A stretch of 64,000 nucleotides of DNA from Thermoplasmatales archaeon (GTDB lineage Archaea > Thermoplasmatota > Thermoplasmata > Thermoplasmatales > Thermoplasmataceae): the NCBI GenBank assembly GCA_027310185.1, contig DAIDBH010000019.1, forward strand, positions 64,001-128,000, in the 5' to 3' direction. The notes beneath the pieces were generated by a model. That model saw only the letters and a program-made list of their open reading frames with translations, searched no databases and had not been told where the DNA came from. Position numbers and translations under genes: made by a program. Positions within the stretch are counted from its first letter, which is position 1, and every line of letters begins with the position of its first letter. Of the stretch, positions 31,287 to 40,171 are shown piece by piece.

Positions 31287-31498
31287 TCTTCACATATTTT
31301 TTCAACAATCTCAAAAATTTTTAGAAATTCATCGGTTATACTGTAAATGGATGAAAGTTTAACATCATCTACTTTTATTGTTATCTCCTCAGGACTATTT
31401 CTATTAATGGTTACGTGACTGTCATTTTCCGGAGAAGCGCATTTAATATAAGCTTCTATAATTTTTGGAGAACCCGTAATTGATAATTTAATATCCAA
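31277..31498 (-). CDS. KEOPS complex subunit Pcc1-like protein
   Basis: 73 aa with SPEN, ITIKV and a C-terminal helix consistent with Pcc1. Confidence 0.5.
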   Translation of the reverse strand: MDIKLSITGSPKIIEAYIKCASPENDSHVTINRNSPEEITIKVDDVKLSSIYSITDEFLKIFEIVEKICEDYS

Positions 31499-31598
31499 TT
31501 CAACCTAATCACTCTATATCTGGATTGTTTTTAATTTTTCCCACCTGCTTTGACAGAAGAAATACTAAAGATATATGGGGTCATTCATCTCACATTAA

Positions 31599-32348
31599 AT
31601 GGAAAAAATAAGAAGAATCGATAGGTATGAATCTATCGATGTCCAAGATAGAATCAGCGAAATACAGCGCTCAACTTTTGATCACTTTATCCCATTATTT
31701 ATTAAGCAGGCTCTTCGCAGTTCTGGAGAAGTATTTATATCGGAGGACTGTGGAGAATTGAAGGGTCTCTATGTATTTGATCCAGTAGAGCAATCAGGTA
31801 CATGTTTTACTGGAAGTACCAGAACTGCTAAGAATTTCTATTCCATGGGATTGGGTTCAGATTTCTTTTCCGAAATCCTCTTTAGAGAAGGTGCCAAAAT
31901 CGAAAAGATCAATTACCTAAACATGTCAAGCTATAAGCCTCATCTTAGCATTAAAAATGAAATTAAGATTCTTGGAATTTCAAGAGAAACTGACATCATT
32001 AAGTTCTTGAGAAGGGCATATTCGAAAGTTAATGAGGATTGGGTGAAAGCCGCTCTGGAAATGGGTGAAAAGTGTTTTGCATGTGAGGTAGATAACCGGA
32101 TCGTGGGCATGGGCTGGATTTCTTCATTCTTGAAGGTAGCAAGATTGCATAGCCTGTATGTTGACCCTGGATACAGGCATATTTCCATCGGAAAGGATCT
32201 ATTGATATCCAGGTTGTATTATGCAGTTCAATGGGGCATGAATGCGGTCACATCAGAAATTCCTGAGCAAAGTATCTATTCACAGAAAATAGCAACTGAC
32301 CAGGGCTTTAAAATAGAAGGCATTCTGTATAACTACCGGCGATCATAA
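31599..32348 (+). CDS. GNAT family acetyltransferase
   Basis: C-terminal GNAT domain LHSLYVDPGYRHISIG...QGF. Confidence 0.78.
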   Translation: MEKIRRIDRYESIDVQDRISEIQRSTFDHFIPLFIKQALRSSGEVFISEDCGELKGLYVFDPVEQSGTCFTGSTRTAKNFYSMGLGSDFFSEILFREGAKIEKINYLNMSSYKPHLSIKNEIKILGISRETDIIKFLRRAYSKVNEDWVKAALEMGEKCFACEVDNRIVGMGWISSFLKVARLHSLYVDPGYRHISIGKDLLISRLYYAVQWGMNAVTSEIPEQSIYSQKIATDQGFKIEGILYNYRRS

Positions 32349-32364
32349 TATACAGAGTAAACCT

Positions 32365-33408
32365 TTAATTCCTTGGTGCCCCACAGTAAGGACACTTCTC
32401 TGCCGTAGAGTCAATGAGTGCACCACAGTACTGACATTTGACCTTAACGACTTCCTTTATCACAACCTGTTCTGTTTCCTTGGATTCAGGGTTTAAGTGT
32501 ATATCAGTTTTGTTTTTATCTTCATTGTTTTCAGTCATTCTTAAATTACCTCCACTGGTTGAATGTTTCTTTATCTTATTTTTATTTCCCTTATTGACAG
32601 CCAATGCTATTATTACTATTACTGCAAGAATGAATACCAGAACTAAAGCAAGTTCCAAATATGGAAAGGGTGCCGATTTCTGGTTATTCACTGTTATTGG
32701 AGAGATGCTGACACCATAGCTTGAATCCTTTACATACAGGGTATTCGTACAGGTGAATCCATCTCCATGTCCGTTTGAATCTACCTCCTTGTAATTATAA
32801 GCGACTATGAATCCGGAAGATTTATCATAATAGGCGTTCCAGGTATAGGTTGCATTGAAGATACCAAAGGGATCATTCCTTACATACGTCCCGTTTCCCT
32901 GTAGATATATAGTCGTAATATCGCCATTAGTTCCACCAGGTGAATAAGTGTAATCAGTGGAGACAACTTTCATTTCAGTGTTCAGGACCTCTTTTTCTCC
33001 ATTGACAGGAATGGACACATTTGTATAAAACCAAACATGTGGATTTACGTAACCTGTTTCGTTATCCGTCTCATATGTATAACTGCAGTTTTTGCTAGAA
33101 AATGTGAAATTTCCCCTGGCCATCTGGTTATTAAAATAATTGTAATCACTCGATCTCACTGCACAAGAATAATTATAATCCATTGATACTCTCTGCTCCT
33201 GTAGCAACTGAGTAACCGATTCTGTCCCATTTACCCATGCATTACAGTAATAGCCACTGTAATTTCCCTTGCCATCATTTACCTGGATATATTCATCATA
33301 ATTGAAAAATGCCCCCTTTTGCGGTTCCGTCTGCACATGCGCAACTGGAAGAACCAAACTTATGAATGCAATAAGGATAAACGCTGAAATAATGTGTGTT
33401 CGAATCAT
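32365..33408 (-). CDS. Signal peptide, extracellular beta-rich domain, TM helix and cytoplasmic C-terminal zinc ribbon
   Basis: Hydrophobic N-terminus, many NxS/T sequons, TM LALVLVFILAVIVIIALAV, CQYC...CPYC. ATG 33408 overlaps the upstream stop (ATGA). Confidence 0.8.
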   Translation of the reverse strand: MIRTHIISAFILIAFISLVLPVAHVQTEPQKGAFFNYDEYIQVNDGKGNYSGYYCNAWVNGTESVTQLLQEQRVSMDYNYSCAVRSSDYNYFNNQMARGNFTFSSKNCSYTYETDNETGYVNPHVWFYTNVSIPVNGEKEVLNTEMKVVSTDYTYSPGGTNGDITTIYLQGNGTYVRNDPFGIFNATYTWNAYYDKSSGFIVAYNYKEVDSNGHGDGFTCTNTLYVKDSSYGVSISPITVNNQKSAPFPYLELALVLVFILAVIVIIALAVNKGNKNKIKKHSTSGGNLRMTENNEDKNKTDIHLNPESKETEQVVIKEVVKVKCQYCGALIDSTAEKCPYCGAPRN

Positions 33409-34895
33409 CCTGAAAATCCACCAACTGAGTGTATATGTGCTGGATGAACTCCACCTATACCACTGAATGTGGAATAGTAGCAACCCTGTACCATCAGCAT
33501 TGGCAAAAAGAATGGGAACAGGAATGGGGAAGGCATATAGTAGAAATGATAGGGCGTATTTGTAACGGTTGCCTTTGAGTCTACGTTAGTAATCAGCTCA
33601 TTCCTTATTCCATGCACCAGGCTCACTGCAGCTGCCATTATTTCTGATCTTTCAAATCCTGCAACATTATTTTCAAGAATGTTATATGCCTTTGAAAGAA
33701 GATCTAGCGTCTCGTTTGATTCCATGACAGGTACTGTGGCCACAACCGTAGAGGCTACCAGCGGATACTCCAGATAGTTTTTAATTGCATCAATTATCAC
33801 CGAGAGTTTATCCTTTATTTCATCGGGCTGTAATTCTGATATGGCAACATACGCAGAGGACAATTCCATATCTTCCGATTCATCATAGCCCCACTGTGAA
33901 AAAATTGCCTTCATTTTCACAAATTTATCTCTGGTATCGTTTACATCCTTGTTGATTGAAGCCATGATTGCAGCAGACTCATATGAAGGCGTTATTTTTC
34001 TGAACTCATCCAGATTATCAAATGGATATGTTCCATCATATCGCCTGGATAAATAGATTATTGCTGCGACTGCTGTTGCTGATTCTCTCGGAATATGGCT
34101 CTCATGTCTTACTTTTTTGAACACTTCCGTGAACTCATCCATGTCGGATGCGATGTCCTTTCCTGATCCCGTCAGTATTTCAGTAGCCATCAGTCGGTTC
34201 TCCACGTTTTTTGTGAAAGAGCCCATATTTTCATAGACAGTGTGAAACTTATTCTCCATAACTGCAATATCATCCCTGAATTTAGCGAGACCAATTGCTG
34301 TGCTCAGAAGCGTTGATTTCTGCTCAACGTCGGGAATAGTGCCTTCAAGATATTCATAATAAATCTTGGCTGTCTTGACTATATCATTAAGCTGGTTCAT
34401 TGTTGTTGATATGTCCTTTTCATAATTCGTAAAATCCTCGTCAGAGAATCTATACAATCTTAATGCAAGATCGTGGACACACAATTTACCCTTGTCTGTC
34501 AGAAATATGTACATCTGATTGTATGGAACAAGACTATTGAGGAGTGATTTCTTAGACATCAATTGATTAAGTCTGTCTTCCTCTGACTTTTCTGTCTTAT
34601 ATACATCCTGAACCTCTGTTTCCTGCTTCTGGACCTCTCCCTCAAGTTCCTCTTTCTTAGCTTTTTTCTCCAGATGGAACTTTATTGAATGCTCCTTCTG
34701 CTCCTCTTCTTCCAGTTCTGCTCTTTCTTTCTGAAATTCTTCCTTTTCAGTTGAAATCTGTTTGGATAACTCTTCCATTTGAGAGATCTCACTTTTCAAT
34801 TCATCATAATCATCCTTGCTGTATATGTTCAGGTAATTCTGTTCCTTCAGATAATTCAAGCTCTGTGTATCAATTGTTGTGTCCAGCTTTCCCAT
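33405..34895 (-). CDS. Hypothetical coiled-coil plus helical-repeat (DUF4003-like) protein
   Basis: E/K/Q-rich coiled coil (about aa 28-118), repeated small-residue helices (LLSTAIGLA, AVAAIIY, ESAAIMA, LSSAYVA) and a hydrophobic C-tail. Confidence 0.65.
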   Translation of the reverse strand: MGKLDTTIDTQSLNYLKEQNYLNIYSKDDYDELKSEISQMEELSKQISTEKEEFQKERAELEEEEQKEHSIKFHLEKKAKKEELEGEVQKQETEVQDVYKTEKSEEDRLNQLMSKKSLLNSLVPYNQMYIFLTDKGKLCVHDLALRLYRFSDEDFTNYEKDISTTMNQLNDIVKTAKIYYEYLEGTIPDVEQKSTLLSTAIGLAKFRDDIAVMENKFHTVYENMGSFTKNVENRLMATEILTGSGKDIASDMDEFTEVFKKVRHESHIPRESATAVAAIIYLSRRYDGTYPFDNLDEFRKITPSYESAAIMASINKDVNDTRDKFVKMKAIFSQWGYDESEDMELSSAYVAISELQPDEIKDKLSVIIDAIKNYLEYPLVASTVVATVPVMESNETLDLLSKAYNILENNVAGFERSEIMAAAVSLVHGIRNELITNVDSKATVTNTPYHFYYMPSPFLFPFFLPMLMVQGCYYSTFSGIGGVHPAHIHSVGGFSG

Positions 34896-34937
34896 GGACG
34901 TTTCTTTCAGAAAGTTGTAAATATCAAGAGATTTAAT

Positions 34938-36113
34938 CTATTTCACCTTATTTAGCATTGTAAAACTGCTATTTAAATTATCATTTTTTAGGTCATTTCT
35001 AATTATAAGGTCAACTCTTCCATTGTTTTCATCCAGTTCTATGTATTTGTCATTTTCTGTTGCCCTCTCCAGAATCGTTTGCAACTGTGTTCTTCTCTCT
35101 ATGGGCGTACCGAATCTCCTGATCCTTTCCTCGTCAATTCTGGCATAGGCATACATCAGCTCATAGAGCGATCTATAAAATTGATCTGTTATGGTTTCCC
35201 TTATCTTTTCTTCCAGCACATACCTTCTCTCAACGCCTTCAAGATCAACAAAGAAGATTGTGCCATCACCTGAAAGAACTGCATCTTTGTCCAGCCAAAC
35301 GTCAAAGAAATCAAGTCCTGAATAGATCCTGTCATCTTCTTTCTTAAGCGTTCTTGAAAACGCTGTAAGAGCTGCCAGTCCAGATTTCATGAAATTCACC
35401 ATGAATTCCGTGGAAGTACTGTTATCCTTAATATTGAAAATTTCAAAGACCTTGTTGATATTATTTCCCACAGTACTTGAAGAATGAAAATACAGTCTTA
35501 TGTTTGAAGGCAGCAACCTTAGTTCCTGAACTATGTCGCCATCATATTTTCTGTACCAGTAAAGTTCTCTTGTTCTTTCCTGGAGTTCTTTCTCCATTGA
35601 TACTATTCCGATCAAGGGAGCTATCCTGAACCCGTTTATTGAGGTTGGATCAGCCATTTCAGAAGTATTCATTGCAATTCTGGCAAGTTCTAGACCCTGA
35701 CCACCGTATGGGGAACCTCTGAGCCATGTTTCGCCGGTAATGAACCTGTTTCCACGATACCCGGAGCCTTCTATCTTCTTCCTGAACTCAGGATCATCCG
35801 TAAGATCACCCACATTATAAATGTTGAGTGGTTCTAGGGAATATGGATCAACCGTTGATCCAACACCCTTGATTGAAAGAAAGAAATCTGTCTGGTCGAT
35901 GGTGCAAACAGGTCCGGGTCTTATGGCACCTCTATTATCATCTTCTACAAATGAGATTGGGGTCATATTCTTATACTGTTCAATATTGATTATTGACTCT
36001 GGTAAATAAAATCTGTCAATGTCACCAAGATCATAATTCAAAAATTTTTTGCTCCTTATTTTATACGAGGGTTCCTGGGGATACAGAATCAGCTCTTTTC
36101 CCAATATGTTCAT
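34938..36113 (-). CDS. Divergent SelO/YdiU-like kinase-fold protein
   Basis: Motif series DNRG, LSIKGVG, PLIGIV, LRLLPSNIRL, FVDLE is collinear with remembered YdiU/SelO motifs. Confidence 0.6.
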   Translation of the reverse strand: MNILGKELILYPQEPSYKIRSKKFLNYDLGDIDRFYLPESIINIEQYKNMTPISFVEDDNRGAIRPGPVCTIDQTDFFLSIKGVGSTVDPYSLEPLNIYNVGDLTDDPEFRKKIEGSGYRGNRFITGETWLRGSPYGGQGLELARIAMNTSEMADPTSINGFRIAPLIGIVSMEKELQERTRELYWYRKYDGDIVQELRLLPSNIRLYFHSSSTVGNNINKVFEIFNIKDNSTSTEFMVNFMKSGLAALTAFSRTLKKEDDRIYSGLDFFDVWLDKDAVLSGDGTIFFVDLEGVERRYVLEEKIRETITDQFYRSLYELMYAYARIDEERIRRFGTPIERRTQLQTILERATENDKYIELDENNGRVDLIIRNDLKNDNLNSSFTMLNKVK

Positions 36114-36289
36114 GACTGATATGATGCTCGAATTGCTTAAAAATATTCCATAACCTTATCTTAAGCATTAACCACTGATGAATTATTTCATGAATTAACA
36201 ATCAATGTTATGGTTTAGTGAATTCCTTTCAACAGCTTCTTTCAAAAAGTCTTAAATTGTGAGTAAATATAACCGCCTGAGAAATAAGA

Positions 36290-36374
36290 GCGGAGGTTGC
36301 CGAGCTAGGTCAAAGGCGGCAGACTCAAGATCTGCTTCCGTAGGGGTTCGCCGGTTCGAATCCGGCCCTCCGCA
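36290..36374 (+). tRNA. tRNA-Leu (CAA), CCA not encoded
   Basis: GCGGAGG/CCTCCGC acceptor, anticodon arm GCAGA-CTCAAGA-TCTGC, long variable arm, GGTTCGAATCC. Confidence 0.97.
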
Positions 36375-36449
36375 TATCTGTAGACGGGTAATTGTGAAAG
36401 AATAATTTTACTTTCATCTCCGGATGAATTCTTCAATACATGCGAGCGA

Positions 36450-36483
36450 GAAGTCTCCTTTGTTGGAATGGGGAGGAGGTCAC
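36450..36483 (+). mobile_element. Degenerate IS200/IS605-family right-end-like sequence (remnant)
   Basis: GAAGTCTCC...GGGGAGGAGGTCAC resembles the hairpin-GGGGAGGAGGTCA(C/G) ends of archaeal IS605/IS1341 elements. No tnpA or tnpB nearby. Confidence 0.45.
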
Positions 36484-36747
36484 TTCCAATCTAGAGGAAT
36501 TTTTTTTGGTTAACAGGGCTTGGACACAGAGCCGATAAGATGACCGTTAAGCAGTATTCATATTCAACGTTGTTCATGTTTTGCTGTCTTTGTGTACATT
36601 GAAATGGCTTGGAATTTTACACTGATTGAGACATATTGCGGAGATAATATCATCGATGACAAGATTTCTAACAATTTTGTCAACACTTTTCTCAATTTTG
36701 GTGAATTTAATCTAACTATGACTAATTATGGCAATAAGGGTTTAATA

Positions 36748-36755
36748 TTTATATA
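36748..36755 (+). promoter_or_regulatory. Putative TATA box of the lysW operon
   Basis: TTTATATA about 31 nt upstream of ATG 36787. Confidence 0.5.
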
Positions 36756-36850
36756 AAATAGACGCGATACAACAGAACAAATCTCAATGAATAACTGCAT
36801 CTCAGTAGAACTATTCATCAGGATTTTGTTTGGACTATGAGGTAATGAAA

Positions 36851-37024
36851 ATGGATATGGAATGTAAGATGTGCGGTGGAAAAGTTATAGCACCTGATGA
36901 TGCACTGAAGGGCGAGATCGTCAGCTGCGGGGATTGTGGACTGGACTATGAGATACAGGAGTTAGACAATGGAAACTTTTTCCTGAAAGTTGCAGAAAAT
37001 GTTAAAGAGGATTGGGGTGAATGA
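36851..37024 (+). CDS. lysW: Amino-group carrier protein LysW
   Basis: CKMC...CGDC zinc motif and C-terminal EDWGE; GAGGT SD. Confidence 0.97.
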   Translation: MDMECKMCGGKVIAPDDALKGEIVSCGDCGLDYEIQELDNGNFFLKVAENVKEDWGE

Positions 37025-37106
37025 ATCATTTCAATCCTGTTTTTCTTGGATCTCTTGTCCTTAGAAAAGTGAATGAAGCCTGCTGTTTTGAGTGAGGAAA
37101 TAGTAA

Positions 37107-38159
37107 TTGAAAACAGCAGGCATTGTAGGAGCATCTGGATATGTTGGTGGAGAGCTATTACGATTGCTTCTGATGCATAATGATATCCAGGTAAAGATAG
37201 CAACTTCCCAGCAACATTCTGGAGAGTTTGTTTTCAAGGTGCATCCAAACCTCAGGGGATTGACTGATCTGAGATTTTCTAACGAAACTCCGGAAGAGGC
37301 TGCATCAAAAGTGGACATTATTTTCATGGCTGTACCTCACGGTTCGTCCATCAAGCATGTTCCAGCAATGTCAGAGATGGGAACAAAAATTGTAGATATG
37401 AGCGCTGATTTCAGGTTCAGGAATCAAGCAGACTACCCCATCTGGTACGGGTGGGAACATCCAGCTCCAGACTTGCTAACAAAATTTGTCTATGGAATGC
37501 CAGAACTTCACAGGAAAGAACTGAAATCAGCACATTTTATTTCTGTTCCCGGGTGCATAGCGAGTTCATCGATTTACAGCCTTGCACCACTGGCAAAGGC
37601 CGGTCTTATAAATGGTGTGATAATAGTTGATGCTAAAATAGGTTCCTCAGGTTCTGGCAATAAACCATCGATGGCGACTCATTTCTCGGAAAGGTACAAT
37701 TCTGTCAGGATATACAGTCCCTCAGGCCACAGACACATTGGAGAAATTGAACAGGAACTTTCCATTGTTTCAGGTAACAGAATCACAGCCACCATGTCAG
37801 CTCACTCAGTTAACATGATTAGGGGAATTTTAACAACAAGCAATATATTTGTTGAAGGAGAGTTAAAAAATCAGGACCTGTGGAAAGCATACCGATCCAT
37901 GTATGGAGAGGAACCATTTGTCAGATTCGTTATGGATCCAACTGGGATTTACAAGTATCCAGATCCAAAGCTCGTGGTGGGCTCAAATTTCATAGATCTT
38001 GGATTCGTCATTGATCAGCATGTAAAGAGAATTGTTGCCATCGGATCAATAGACAATCTTATTAAGGGTGCAGCTGGAAATGCGATTCAATCAATGAACA
38101 TCATGGAAGGTTTCAATGAAAGAGAAGGATTAAGGATGTCTCCCATGCGGTTGGTGTGA
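37107..38159 (+). CDS. lysY: LysW-aminoadipyl/glutamyl-phosphate reductase (LysY/ArgC)
   Basis: GASGYVGGELLRLL, VPGC, GSSGSG, IDNLIKGAAG. Confidence 0.92.
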   Translation: MKTAGIVGASGYVGGELLRLLLMHNDIQVKIATSQQHSGEFVFKVHPNLRGLTDLRFSNETPEEAASKVDIIFMAVPHGSSIKHVPAMSEMGTKIVDMSADFRFRNQADYPIWYGWEHPAPDLLTKFVYGMPELHRKELKSAHFISVPGCIASSSIYSLAPLAKAGLINGVIIVDAKIGSSGSGNKPSMATHFSERYNSVRIYSPSGHRHIGEIEQELSIVSGNRITATMSAHSVNMIRGILTTSNIFVEGELKNQDLWKAYRSMYGEEPFVRFVMDPTGIYKYPDPKLVVGSNFIDLGFVIDQHVKRIVAIGSIDNLIKGAAGNAIQSMNIMEGFNEREGLRMSPMRLV

Positions 38160-38162
38160 ATT

Positions 38163-38966
38163 ATGGTAACTGTCCTGAAACTGGGTGGAAGTCTTATGAA
38201 ATATGGCATTTCTGAGAGTTTGATCAACGATATTGCAGGGCAGAAGGATGACCAGTATATAGTAGTTCATGGTGGAGGTCCCGCAGTCACTGATCTCTGT
38301 AATAGATTAAACATGGAAACAAAATTTATCACCTCACCAGGTGGAATAAGGAGCAGATACACTGATGCCCAAACGATGCAGGCATACATGATGGCTATGC
38401 GTGGAAACATAAACGCATCGATAGTTATTGCACTTCAGAAAGCTGGAATGAATTCCTTCGGAATGTCTGGCATAGATGGACCTACTATTATTGCCGAGAG
38501 AAAAAAAAGACTGATAACAATAAATGAGAAGGGTAGAAGAATGTATATTGATGGTGGATACACAGGTAAGATACTCTCAGTGGATGGGAGATTCGTAAAG
38601 CATCTTCTTTCTGAAAAAGTGACTCCTGTAATCGCTCCAATTGCTGCTGGACTTGAACATGAATCTCTCAACGTTGATGGAGACAGAGCTGCATCTGCAA
38701 TTTCAGGGGAGCTGAAAGCCAACCGGATGATCCTTCTGACTGACGTTGATGGCATATTGTCCAATGGCAAATTGATCGATAAGCTGGACATTACAAAGGC
38801 TATGGAAATGCTGAAAATGGTTGGGAACGGAATGGATAAAAAGATCATGGCTGCGATTGAGTCCATAGTGGCTGGCACTTCTGAGGTGATTATTGCAAAT
38901 GGAAATGGACAGTTTCCGGTATCTAGTGCAATACATACAGATAAAAGGACGGTGATTACAAGATGA
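38163..38966 (+). CDS. lysZ: LysW-aminoadipate/glutamate kinase (LysZ/ArgB)
   Basis: VLKLGGS, VHGGG, GGYTGKI, LNVDGDRAA, GMDKKI. Confidence 0.92.
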   Translation: MVTVLKLGGSLMKYGISESLINDIAGQKDDQYIVVHGGGPAVTDLCNRLNMETKFITSPGGIRSRYTDAQTMQAYMMAMRGNINASIVIALQKAGMNSFGMSGIDGPTIIAERKKRLITINEKGRRMYIDGGYTGKILSVDGRFVKHLLSEKVTPVIAPIAAGLEHESLNVDGDRAASAISGELKANRMILLTDVDGILSNGKLIDKLDITKAMEMLKMVGNGMDKKIMAAIESIVAGTSEVIIANGNGQFPVSSAIHTDKRTVITR

Positions 38967-40159
38967 TGAAAAATAGATATACTGAAGAAATTGAAGATCG
39001 TTACCTTGCAGGAACGTATCAGAAAATACAGGTTGTTGCTGCCAGAGCAATGGGTACAAAAATATGGGATCTGAATGGAAAGGAATACCTTGATTTCATG
39101 AGTGGATATGGAGTTGCAATTTTTGGGCATTCAAATGCTGCCATAAGAGAGGCAATACTAAAACAGCTGGATGAAGTTTACATTACACATTCATCGGTTT
39201 ACAGTCCAGCGAGGGCCAGATTTCTTAAGGAACTGATGAGTGTCACTCCCGCAGGACTGAACATGGCATATCTTTCAAACAGCGGGGCAGAAGCCGTTGA
39301 GGCTGCATTGAAGATTGCGGTGAAATCCACCGGGAGAAAGAAAATTATTAGCATGGAAAAAGCCTACCATGGCAAAACGATGGGTGCCCTATCAATAACC
39401 CATTCGACAAAATACAGGAAATCTTTTGAAGAAATGCTGATCCCTGGAGTTGAATTCGTAAAATTTGGTGACTATGAAGGTGTAAATGCACTGCTGAAAA
39501 AGGAGGATATTGCAGCTGTATTCATGGAACCAATTCAGGGGGAAGGAGGTATCAACCTCCCAGATCCTCAATTCCTCAGATCAGTCAGGGAATCAACATC
39601 CAGCTATGGAACACTCCTCGTCATGGATGAAATTCAATCAGGCCTTGGAAGAACTGGAAAAATGTGGGCCCATGAAAACTGGGATGTAACACCTGATATA
39701 ATGACCATAGGTAAAGGCATTGGAGGAGGTATACCAATGGGAGTCACGGTTGGAAAAAAAGAGTTTGTAGAAGTAATGGGAATTGGAGAGCAAAGCTCAA
39801 CAACAGGAGGAAACCCCTTATCATGTGCTGCTGGTGAAGTGGTCATAAAAGAATTAAAAAATGGGATGATGAAACAGGCTGGGGAAATGGGAAAATATAT
39901 ACTTCAAAGAATCAGGGAAGAGACCGATTCTCACCGTCTAGTGTCACAATCCCGAGGAATCGGGATGATGCTTGCAATGGAACTCAGGGTTAGATTTGTT
40001 CCGTTACTTATGGATATGATTGACAGGGGCCTTATCACTCTCTACTCAGGAATCAACACCATAAGGATGCTCCCACCTTACACCGTATCGAGGGATGAGG
40101 TCGATAGTGCTATAGAAATAATGAAGAAGGCACTGGATCATTCCATAAAGAATCAATAA
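38963..40159 (+). CDS. lysJ: LysW-semialdehyde aminotransferase (LysJ/ArgD)
   Basis: Class III PLP aminotransferase: SGAEAVE, EPIQGEGG, DEIQSGLGRTG, GKGIGGG. Confidence 0.92.
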   Translation: MMKNRYTEEIEDRYLAGTYQKIQVVAARAMGTKIWDLNGKEYLDFMSGYGVAIFGHSNAAIREAILKQLDEVYITHSSVYSPARARFLKELMSVTPAGLNMAYLSNSGAEAVEAALKIAVKSTGRKKIISMEKAYHGKTMGALSITHSTKYRKSFEEMLIPGVEFVKFGDYEGVNALLKKEDIAAVFMEPIQGEGGINLPDPQFLRSVRESTSSYGTLLVMDEIQSGLGRTGKMWAHENWDVTPDIMTIGKGIGGGIPMGVTVGKKEFVEVMGIGEQSSTTGGNPLSCAAGEVVIKELKNGMMKQAGEMGKYILQRIREETDSHRLVSQSRGIGMMLAMELRVRFVPLLMDMIDRGLITLYSGINTIRMLPPYTVSRDEVDSAIEIMKKALDHSIKNQ

Positions 40160-40171
40160 AGAGTGATAAAA

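Noticed and set aside
36114-36289. Possible C/D-box sRNA (ATGATG...CTGA)
   Set aside because: The C box is imperfect, no C'/D' pair is evident, and the region is explained by divergent promoters.
36375-36786. Lysine riboswitch upstream of lysW
   Set aside because: No L-box consensus could be matched, and the likely TATA box lies downstream of most of this region.
38435-39130. 231-aa antisense ORF and other shadow ORFs (e.g. 4220-4666, 14726-15193, 18394-18846, 23221-23631, 41724-42218)
   Set aside because: They lie antisense to or overlap well-supported genes and have no recognisable motifs.
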